NCBI GenBank assembly: GCA_030141605.1 | Contig: JAQGDQ010002400.1 | Span: forward strand, 28,479-92,478 | Direction of reading: 5' to 3' | Source of the DNA: Tubiluchus corallicola | Taxonomy: Eukaryota; Animalia; Priapulida | DNA: 64,000 bases | In this document: positions 1 to 10,500 of the stretch, one piece after another | Layout of the letters: every line of letters starts with the position of its first letter | How positions within the stretch are numbered: position 1 is the stretch's first letter | Made by a program: the position numbers and the translations under genes | Notes under the pieces: model-generated | What the model was told of the DNA's origin: nothing | Seen by the model: only the letters and a program-made list of their open reading frames with translations | Database searches by the model: none

Positions 1-959
1 AAGCATGGGCGCATGTTTTGTTAAAAAGGGACTAGATTCGTTTCCCGGAAAAGGTTTTCGCCAGAAAAATTTTTTCCTCGACAAAAAAGTTTCACAGAAA
101 ACTTTTTTTGTCAGAAAAAGGTTTCCCAGAAGAGGTATTTCTCAGAACTGTCATTTCCCAGAAAATAAATTTTACTGAAAATGTAATAAATCGATTATAG
201 CGAATCATACTGATCTTGCATATATGCTCCTTTGTATACAATGTACACATTAAATAAAGTTAAAACTGGATTAATTTATTGTACATTTATATCAACCATT
301 CCAAACAATAGGTTGCCATGGTCCTATGTCCATTGTCCTGCTCAGGCGTGCACAACATCACACAACTATCAAGTCAATCCTATTTAATAGTGAACAATGC
401 AATGGTTATCTATGGTTCTCTGATCTTAGCTATGTCTTACACTACATATGCAATTAAGTAATCACTGCATGTGATTGGCTACCGAAGTGAAACAATGTCG
501 AGCCTGACAATTCATTAGTTTAGTGACTGCTAATGGAATCTCACTTTCAGCAGTTCCTTCTACTGCGATGCCAAATTATTTTGCTAATTTAGAGAGGATG
601 TACAACTGTAAATGCATTTGACTGTGACTGTCACAATATTTCTCTCAGAGGATTATTTTGAAAATGAACTAGGATCCGGTCCTGTCATAAAGGAACACGT
701 AAAAAAATCTTGTGAAAGAGCATAATGTAGTGAGCAAATTTAGACTCCAACATAAGGCTTGGTGTAGATTCATTTTATAGATTGTTTTATATAAACTTTA
801 TTTCAAATCCTTTGAAAATCAATTAGATTTGAGGTAATTATGTGCCAAATGATACAATGCAAATTGATTCCAATTTAACGCCAAAAGGCGGAACTCAGGG
901 TCGCAGTACAAATAGCTACTGAACTGCAGCTGTACTCTGTGTATTGTGTCCAGAAGCAT

Positions 960-1950
960 TACCACTAGTACAATGATGATGCTTTGACTTTTCTGGCGCT
1001 TTTCATTCTTAACGAGTTTGCACCGTGTTTCAGTAACATTTTAAAATTGTCTTCCTGTAATCTTTGCTGTTGAGATTTGTCATTATCAGTGTACAGAGTC
1101 TTGTTCACTTTATATCAGACTAAATCAGATTTGCTGCCCACAACAGCCTTCTTGGTCTCTGCTGAACTCATTTTAGCAATAATAACACCTGGCTTCTTAC
1201 TGTTGTACGTTTACAAACAGCTGTTGCACACACAACATCTTTCAGCTTTAGCCCTTCCTTAAATAAAGTACCGTATTTTCCCGTGTATAAGAGACCCTTT
1301 TTTGCTCAGAATTTTCACTTTAAAAATAGGGGGTCTCTTATACATGGGAGTAAGTCTTTTCAATAAGATGCATAAATTGTGACACTAATGATTTTAAAGA
1401 AATAAGTGCTCTACAACTGTTTTGCGTGTCGCGTTCGACTATGAAGCGGTTGTAAGCAATACAAGCATCGTGACACAGGCATTATCTCCTCGTTTTCTCT
1501 TTTCCTGTTACAGGTTTGCAGGTACGCACTTTAATATATACCAGTACTCTTTTTCTACAACACATTAACTGGTTTTATTTTGTTTTCAGTACCGCACTGA
1601 GTTGAAAAAAGTTGTACTCTACCCTCTAAAAATGTCCGTCTGAAAAAACTTTTTTCCGAATTTTTGCCTAAAAATTGAAGGGGTCTCTTATACACAAGGA
1701 TCTCTTATACACGGGAAAATACGGTATTAACACTGCAGGTAACATTCAGCTTCAGACTGTGGCAAATTATGAATAACTAGGTTTAAAGTCAAATCATTTT
1801 CTTTTTATTGTGTAGAGCTAGATTCTTTCTCCTGAGATTTCAACCGGTTCTCTATGTCGTCCAGCAATCTGCCTTCAGTTGCTCCCCTTGCTCTCTTATT
1901 AGCTATGTCACTGTCAAGTGGCTGTCATCATGTGCCCCTATTCAACTAAA
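960..1950 (-). mobile_element. Degenerate CR1/L2-like LINE ORF1 relic, interrupted by a MITE
   Basis: Minus-strand translation joined across the 1271-1724 MITE gives NLVIHNLPQSEAE/VTCSVNTLFKEGLKLKDVV..KKPGVIIAKMSSAETKKAVV..LYTDNDKSQQQRLQEDNFKMLL, with stops and a frameshift. This resembles invertebrate CR1-type ORF1 proteins (recognised by eye). Confidence 0.55.
1271..1724. mobile_element. Tc1/mariner-pogo-type MITE
   Basis: TIR CCGTATTTTCCCGTGTATAAGAGA / TCTCTTATACACGGGAAAATACGG, TA on both flanks, and internal copies of GGGTCTCTTATAC at ~1330 and ~1681. Confidence 0.9.
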
Positions 1951-2738
1951 AGTTTACAGATTGTTCTTTATGCAGATTGCTTGCAGAACTACTAACAGAT
2001 ATTTACTAACAAAAAAATTTCCAAATGCACAAAAGTCACACTTTTATTTACAAGCTTTCCCAAATCAATAAGACTAATATACTATTGCTCGACTTGCTGT
2101 ACTCAAACAGGTTTGAAAACGACAAATATTTGACATTCTTTATTAATTTTAAATTAAATATGCACTTGATGAGTTGCATAAGATACTTATATTAACTGCA
2201 GAATGCCATCCAATACAACTGTAATTGTGCATGTTGTAGATGAATAAATAATAATAACACTTTTTTCTTATTTTTTGCAGCAACCAGCTCTCGATTCACC
2301 TTCTGTAGTGAAGAACCACTGACTGAGTACCGAAACAAATTGCTCTCTTGCTCATACACATCATCCTGCACTGTATAGAATTCTGAAAATATTAAAAGTC
2401 TTGGCAGATTATCGCTATACAGAATGTTTCATCAAAAATGGAGTTAACGAACAATCATTAGTATCGAAAACAGTCTTATACAGTAACCATATTACTCACA
2501 AACTAAATGAGCACCTACAACTACATATTTCATTTATACCTGTTATTAATTTAAAATTTAATGATAATTTGCATCCAATTTTACGACAAATCGTAATAAG
2601 TTGGTAAAGGTATAGCATAGAACATATATATAAGTACAAAACACAAAAAAACGATAATCAGATAGATAAAAACGAATTACTAAAAAAATTAAGGCACAGG
2701 TATAACAAATAAGCAACTAACGGGACGTATTGTCACTA

Positions 2739-3470
2739 CAGTCAAACCTTTTTATACGCCCACTTTGGTATGGGAAAAAAGTTGGCCTTGCTGTGAGTTT
2801 TGTATTATAATCAGGTGCATTAATACATGCATGTCTATGCATTACCAAAAATTTGGGCATTAACTCTTTCACTACATAATTGCTTTTTAACTGGGCTGCA
2901 TTGGCTTTTGCACATTTAACAATAACTTCTTGTGGTGTGTTACTAAAACAGAAACTTGTACATAAACAAATAGCCATTTCTTATTAAACACTAATATTGA
3001 ATATTACTTTTATTTATACACATGCGCACACATACAAGCACTCATGTACACACCCACACTACTAAGCACATATTTATATTTAGAAGCCAATTTTCACAAA
3101 AGTCATATTACTAATCCATAATGCACAATTATTTTATAAAAATGCAGAACAAGTGACTAAACATACATTCCACTAACCACCAACAAGCAATTTGCATGGG
3201 AACGTACTATACATTACAGTATTATGGAATGCACCTGGCTTCAGGTACTGATTGGCTGGTTAGTGTTACTTTTTTGCGAAGCAACCCCATTCCCACGGCT
3301 ATTAAACTTTTCTACGTTTTTACATGGCTGTAGCAGCAAAATAAACAGATCAGTCTGCCGCCTTCCGTCCCTTACAAAAAAAATGTAGGTGGCAGTGTGC
3401 CGCCTTCCATAGTGAAAGGGTTAAGCGAGGTTGACATTTTAAGAGGGGGTCGTCGTAAAGAGGTTTGACA
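2739..3470. mobile_element. pogo/Tigger-like MITE (CAGTCAAACC family), degenerate right end
   Basis: Starts TA-CAGTCAAACCTTTTTATACG and ends CGTAAAGAGGTTTGAC; same family as 23421, 25103 and 44684. Confidence 0.7.
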
Positions 3471-3640
3471 TATACATCATAAAACATTCTCGCACATTTC
3501 AAGCTATATTACTACAGCTAAAATTGTATTTAATAGTTCTGGTATGTAAAGTTAGTACCTTCTGGAGTTGTTTTCTTATTTAAATATACCAGCATTCTGA
3601 AGGTCCATATATTTGTCAATTGCCCTAGTAATTAATCACA

Positions 3641-4351
3641 TCAATTAAGCAATAAACTGATCCAGTCATATACAATTTTTAAACAGTCTTTACTAAGCTC
3701 ATGCCCAGTATTTGTTAATGGCCAAAATGTAGCAGGAACACCAAGTGCTTGAAGTCTATCATGAGTCCTCTTTCCATACGCAAATTTCATTTTTTCATCA
3801 TTAGTGCCATGGATCAACAAAAGGGGCAACGACAGTGTCATAACACTTTCCTCCAAAAACTTATACACTGCTGAGTCTTCGTTTAAGAAAGAGCAAATAC
3901 CAAAAACGCCTGCAAGCGAACGAGAAAATCGATATCCTACATGAATGCTCAAACTTCCACCCTGTGAAAACCCGCCAACAACTATCCTAGTGAATGGTAT
4001 TCCATTTCCGACTTCAATGTCAATAAGTTTTAGGATTTCAAAAACTGATGCATCCACAGATTCTGTAAGTTCCTTTGATTCAATAGTTTTGTCTTCTCTG
4101 TCATACCAGAGCCTGCGTAGTTTGCCTCTGTTGGCTGTGTATTTCAGTTTAGGAGCCGTTGGATAGATTACTTTTATACAATCGAATTGAAATTCCTCGC
4201 CCCATATGCTGTCCACCATACATTTAAACTTCTCCCCAGTCTGAAAAACACCATGCAAAAATATAAGAGTAGCTAAATGATGTTTCTTTGGCAAAATAAT
4301 AACGGGTAATAAATCAACACTACATCCCACGTGTCCTGTGGAAGCTGCCAT
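3641..4351 (-). CDS. LYPLAL1: Lysophospholipase-like / acyl-protein thioesterase family alpha/beta hydrolase, 236 aa, uninterrupted CDS
   Basis: ORF from ATG 4351 (MAASTGH...). Motifs: LIFLHG, IYPTAP, WYDR, nucleophile GGFSQGG, HGTND (Asp) and GHEL (His) triad. A possible 5'UTR intron lies at 4416-4506. LYPLAL1 versus LYPLA1/2 assignment is tentative. Confidence 0.8.
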   Translation of the reverse strand: MAASTGHVGCSVDLLPVIILPKKHHLATLIFLHGVFQTGEKFKCMVDSIWGEEFQFDCIKVIYPTAPKLKYTANRGKLRRLWYDREDKTIESKELTESVDASVFEILKLIDIEVGNGIPFTRIVVGGFSQGGSLSIHVGYRFSRSLAGVFGICSFLNEDSAVYKFLEESVMTLSLPLLLIHGTNDEKMKFAYGKRTHDRLQALGVPATFWPLTNTGHELSKDCLKIVYDWISLLLN

Positions 4352-4580
4352 TATTGCACACCAGGGGAATAAAGGGATTTGATTTTGAATTAACTTGCGA
4401 AAAATGTGATCACATCTAGAAACTTTAAGTTTTTGCAAAGTATAAAAATAAAATAACAGCAGCTATGCTATTTTATTTTTAAAGAGTAAAACAAAATTAA
4501 TGTTACCTTCTGAAACTCTGCCTATCCCATTCGATTCTCACTATTAAAAAGGTATTAATGTGCCCCTTGATCTCTGAAGC
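4352..4580. promoter_or_regulatory. Probable compact bidirectional promoter / 5'UTRs of the LYPLAL1-like gene and CNDP2
   Basis: Divergent start codons at 4351 (-) and 4581 (+) are separated by only 229 bp. Confidence 0.6.
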
Positions 4581-7500
4581 ATGGCTCGTTTGGAAAGTGT
4601 ATTTCGGTAAGCTAATTGAATCTACAAACTTTTATGTGCGTAAATAAGTTTACAAGTATGCATTTTTCTAGGAAAGATGCGAGTGTATTAGTTAGTTGTT
4701 ATTATGATTGTTTTTTATGTCAGTTTCGTGTTCAGTTAAAGAATTAACTGATCTAGTCACATACAACTTTCAGAAGTTCTTATCAGTGCTTGTCGGTAGC
4801 TAGATTTATGTCAATAGTGTGTGTGTTTTGTACGTCTAATTCAGTAGTAGTTTCACAGTACAGCTCATACAGTAATTAATGTGGCCCCAGTCTAGCAGAA
4901 TGTCATTAAGATTGTCAGTCTTTTTAGTGACTTGAGAAACGCTTTTACCGTATATTACCGACACTTTTACCGTGGATTGCCGTAAACTAACGTACATACC
5001 TTAATATTGTCTTCTCTTCGTTTAAGTTACGCTAATTTAATGAGGCAACCTAGCAAGCTTTATATTGTAAGTGATACGTTGACTGCTTGATATAAGATTG
5101 ATAAAATCAGTTTCCCTGTTTTCGTTTTTGTTTATCTTGGTTTTACCAAAGAACAAAAGCATTTTAGTACATTTAACATTACTATTATTGTAAATTAAAT
5201 GTGATATTGCTAAGAAACCAGCGCAGTTGTGTAAAGCAAGATTTTTTGTAGCTTTTTCGAGCATCCGTTATAAATTACTCTTTCTGGTCCCATTGGCTTG
5301 TGGGAGACTCTGTGTTGACACTGTTACTAGCCCCAAGCTACATCTCGGGGCAGAGGTCGCTTGAAGTTCAATAAGAGGATATTATCTGAAGCTATACAAG
5401 ACTAAAACAAATAGATTAGCATGTCTCCACAGTTTTTCAAGCGGGATCGTTAACACCTGGAATAGTCTGACAAATGAAGTGGTATCTGCACCTAGTATAA
5501 ATGCATTCAAAAATAGGCTGGATAAGTACTGGTCTTTGAGAGATCTGGTCTATAGCTATAAGGCCTCAACTGAGTATTTGACATCGGACATATACGCAAG
5601 ATTTGGCTAGTCTTACTTTGCAAAAACATCTTAAGGTGTCTGGAAAGTCAGGAGACCCTAGTTTGGATGGATGAACAAGGGATTGGTATTGACTGTGTTG
5701 CCAGTTTCTTGCATCCTAATCTTCCTAATGTTTTCTGCTTTCTAGCGTTTAGTTGTACCTGGTCACTAAAAAGGTGCTGTGTGTAAAATTGCATCTGCCA
5801 CATCATATGTTGTTAATAGTAAAGCACCCGGACTCACTTGTAGATGTACCCTCATGTGCCACATAAATGTACTGCTATAAGTGTACTTGAATAATTTTAA
5901 GAGCGAAAAGAATAACTCTGATACCAATATCCCTTAAATTATAAAGAGGCTTGTCTTGTACTTGCTGATGTCCAGCATCATGTTTGATAAGCTCACTTCT
6001 GTATTTATGTGGTCTCCTTAATCACCTAGCAAATTAATAAACTTTACAATACATAGGTGAGACTAGTTTAACTTAACCCTTTTTGTCGATATCCAGGGTT
6101 TTTGGTAAACTTTTGCTGAAAGTCTTCCTCAAACTTTATTCATGTAACATAGGTAGCAGTATGGTGTTTTTTGCATCATTATAATAGTCACGGTGATAGT
6201 CCCAGTTTTCAATGTTCACTAACATGTATTTTTAATCAAGCAGAAATATAATTAAATTTACTTGCAGCTATATTGATCAGCATGAGGCTGACTATGTCCA
6301 GCGGTTGTCCGATGTGGTGGCTATCAAATCTGTGTCAGCTTGGGCTGACCACAGGGATGAGTGTATACGAATGATGAACTGGACAAAAGCTGTAAGTGTA
6401 CAAGTCTGTGCATTCGATTTAGATGTGATTTTAGATCTAACAAACTGTTAATATTCTAAGTTGCTACCGCAGCAGATGTGGATATAATACAGTATTCAGA
6501 TTTATGACCGCTCAATAAAATTTCTATTGAAAGAGATTATTATTAAAATATCAATCACCGAAATAGTTTTGTTGATAGAGTGTACCTTTTGTTACTATTC
6601 AAAAATTTTGTTTGATCTGGTTGACTCTATTATGTAAGGTGCATGCTGCCGGGATGAATGTTTTCCTGTAACGTTCGGTATGCATTTTTGGAAGAAGAAA
6701 CTTCATTCCTCTTTCTACAGGTAGTTCTCGGGGGTGGTAGTAGAGAACAGTTATTGTTAGTCTTATTGTAGCAATAATTTAGTGTCGATGGCTGCGTCAT
6801 CCCTTTTTTTAATGTCTACACATAACTTTATAATATTATACACACACAGCTTTACAACTTTAATCTATGATCTTTTAATCTGCTTAGGTATTTGGGTAAT
6901 AACTAATATATAATAAGTTTATAATAAAATTTTCAAACATTTTAATAAAGGCTTACTTAAAATCAAGATATAAATCATTTATTCATATAATATCACTTGT
7001 ACAGTAATAAATCTTATCTAATAGTGCACAAATATGATTTATCTAGTAATGCATAACTTATCTAATGCACATAGTCTATCATTTACTTAATAATGTAGCA
7101 TTAGATTTTATCTGCAGTTCTGGACAGAGTATATTTATTCTAGAGCAAAGTCATAAAATACTGTTATTTTTTCATTTCCATGCAATTCCATGTTTAAACT
7201 CTTCCTGTCAGTTGCATGTACCAAAACCTGCTGTACAACTTTTCTATTTAATACCGAGAATACTCTGTCAGTATCTGCAATAACTGTGACAACATGTAAA
7301 CTACAATTTTTATTAATCATTAAAGCAAGTACAGCTAAAAGGGAGGAACTGTGAAAAAGTTGGCCCTGAGATAGATTTGAATCAGGACCTTTGAATTACA
7401 AATGCAAAATGTTAGACAACTGTACCATGGAACTCTCTGAGAGTAAGACATTAAATTTAAAAAGTGTGCTTTGTACTTAAGCTGACATTCCCTTTCTCTG

Positions 7501-10500
7501 TGCTGAAATTGCTTTTAAGCTTAATAATTGCGGGTTCATTTACTTATTAATTTAATATTTTGACGTGTTGAAAATTATAAATAAATTAATTAAGTGTTAA
7601 ATTGTTATATCAATTATTCTAATGATTATATCAGGAACTTGAAAAGATTGGCACAACGGTCCGCATGGCTGATATTGGCATCCAAACTATGCCCGATGGT
7701 CAACGAGTGCCGCTTCCACCGGTCATCCTTGGTCAGTTGGGAACTGATCCAAAGAAACACACTCTATGTGTGTATGGTCATCTGGATGTTCAACCTGCTA
7801 ACATTGTAAGTACAAGTGCATGTTTTGTGCTATCATGAAAACGAATAAGTATTATATCATTACTGCCATTATTGTATCATTTTTGAGAAAAGTGTTGATA
7901 CCATAAATATCCCCTACTGTCATGCATATAGGTGGCATCTTTGGACTGTGTGCTAGGAGGAGGAAATGTCGGGCTTACTTTGTCATGTTGAAATAGTAGC
8001 TCAGCTGACAGAGCATGGGAGTACTAACCCCAGGTCTCGGATTCAAATTCCGACTAGTCCACAATTTTTCAGTGTCTTCTTTCTCCAACTCATTACCCGT
8101 TTTGGGGAATAACTGTTAAAAATATACTGCAGTGGTTTATAAACGCTCTGGCAATCACAGTGAATCTAACTAATTAGTGACATCGTTAATTGTCAGCTAA
8201 TTTGAGAAAAATGTTGATACCGTAAATGTGCCCCTACTGTCGCTGGATTTAAAATCAAATTTTAACAGTGATCGGTAGTCCTTATTATCCATGGAAAACA
8301 TTTCTTTATTTGGTAAAATTGAAGTTATCTATTCATTTTTAAGTTTCCTTTTTTTCACAACTAGTTTTAAAACTTGTCGATCTTCTTACATTCTACATGC
8401 TGCCACCTTTGTTATTTTGGTGAAAGTGACTGTTGATGCATAAAATATAAACGTTTCTACTTTTTTTATAATTAGTTGTAATAAAGTGAACATTAGTGAC
8501 AAACTAGTGCCTTTTTGACATTAGTGACGAACTAGTCTTGTCGTCATTTTGTTCTGTTGGTATGTGTAGGTAGAGTTGCATTGACTTATTGTTATTTTGC
8601 AGTCTGATGGATGGGATACTGAACCATTTGTGTTGACAACTAAAGATGGTAAAATGTATGGTAGAGGTGCAACTGATGACAAGGTAAAATCAAAATATTA
8701 TATTGCATTGCATTACATTACATTATATTATAAAAAATATAATAAATAAGATTAGGTACCTACAATTGTGAGTAAAGTTCGTCATTGCATGATACATTCT
8801 GTGCTGTGCATCGCAACTTTTTCACATTTTTGCTGTCTCTGATTGATTTAATTTTAAAATTTAATAATTGTGGGTTCATTCATAATACAAATAATTATGT
8901 GCCAATAGGGATGTTAAACGATAGAAATTTGGTGATACGATAACGATACACTACAATACTTCTTTCAAAGGATGCGATAACGATCATCTGTTTTTTAGAT
9001 GATACGATACAATAAGATAAATTATTTCGAACAATAAAAACGATTAGACAATTTGTGCAACAACAGACAAAATATCATTAATAATTAAAATTATTAAGTG
9101 TTTCAGTGTGTTCAGTGCAGTGTACTTAAATCGCTGCTAGTTATGAAATAATGAAGTTTGTTTGTCATAATGATTCATAAATAAGCAAGCTGCGACAGAC
9201 AAACATATTACTACGACAAAAATATTTATCTATTCGAAGCAGCACATGACCGGGAAAGTGGCACTAAAAATATGGTACAGTGCATTTGGCATCTGCACGT
9301 TAGTATGAAAGTGTATAAAAGGGTCACTCTCTATACTTTGTCAGTTTGAATCAGAATGAAGATAGCTGTTATTGCCAGGCGAAAGTACAAGAAAATGATT
9401 CAGAGTCTGACAAACTTATAATTTTAAATGACTCTTTTTGTCCACTTTTTGTCATAGTTACTGTGAAGAAATAGACAAGAAAAGTAAAGCGATTTTATAC
9501 AGGCCAAATTCGATATGATACCGACATTCCTAGAATAATATTGATACGATAACGATAAAAACAATTGTTTTGTATCGATACGATAATCAATAACTATCGA
9601 TGCAATAATTATTGATATGTATTGTTATCGTTAACATCCCTAAGTGCCAATAGAGTCTTCTAGGCTGTAAAATAATTAATTACAAAACTAAACGTAGTTA
9701 GTTAGTTAGTAATAAGAAGTTTGAATAAACTAACACCGAATTATGCCTTGGTTGACCAACTGTCTATCTTAATCATGTGCTACCTAATGTTCTAAACCAC
9801 TAGATTTGTATACTTGGGTCCTTGGTTCAACTCCTTGCTCGGTCGCCGACATTTTTTTCGTTTGTAATCTTTATGTTTCAAAATTTATAAGTGTGATTTC
9901 ATTTCTTCCTATTCTTTACATTAAGGTTATAACAACTTAATGCACAAGAAAAATCTTCACTTACGTGAACTTGAAAATTCGTCTTGGAATTTTGTACCTC
10001 TTACATGCGATTTTATTGTTAGCAGTAACCACATATGAAACTTGAAAACTTAAACTCCCGCTATGGCTGTTAGGTGCAGTTGTTTTGACGGTAGGTTGTT
10101 TGAAACAAGTTTAGATAATATTGTATAATGTTTGAAAAAAGAATCAGCGCCATTTGTAGCACACTCTTCACTGACTAAGCAAAATTACTGCATCTTGTCA
10201 ATAAAATTAAAAATAGTTTTTTTGGTGACTGAGTGGTGCACATTGGTGAGTCAACAACATTACCAATTCACACAAAGATTTTAAATTAAGAATTTTCTTT
10301 TCTAGTTCCATACTGTTTGAAGTAGGTAAGCGAAAAGCTAAGTAATATAGCTTTGCATGGACAGTTTTGTGATATAGTTTAACATTGTCTTTTCTAGGAT
10401 TTATGTTATGTTATGGATATTTGACATCATGTAACTGTGAGGTCGGAGCAGTATTGCTGGAGAATTAACACGAAAACAAACAAAAATTCCTTTTAATGCG

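Noticed and set aside
2316-2345. Hammerhead ribozyme (CTGACTGAGTACCGAAAC)
   Set aside because: The core does not fit CUGANGA with a proper stem II, and I found no flanking stems I/III.
7994-8056. Functional tRNA genes (also ~7350, 9800, 17610, 21790, 27900, 36300, 53780)
   Set aside because: Acceptor and T stems are broken, boxes are degenerate and flanks are shared among copies, consistent with SINE-like repeats.
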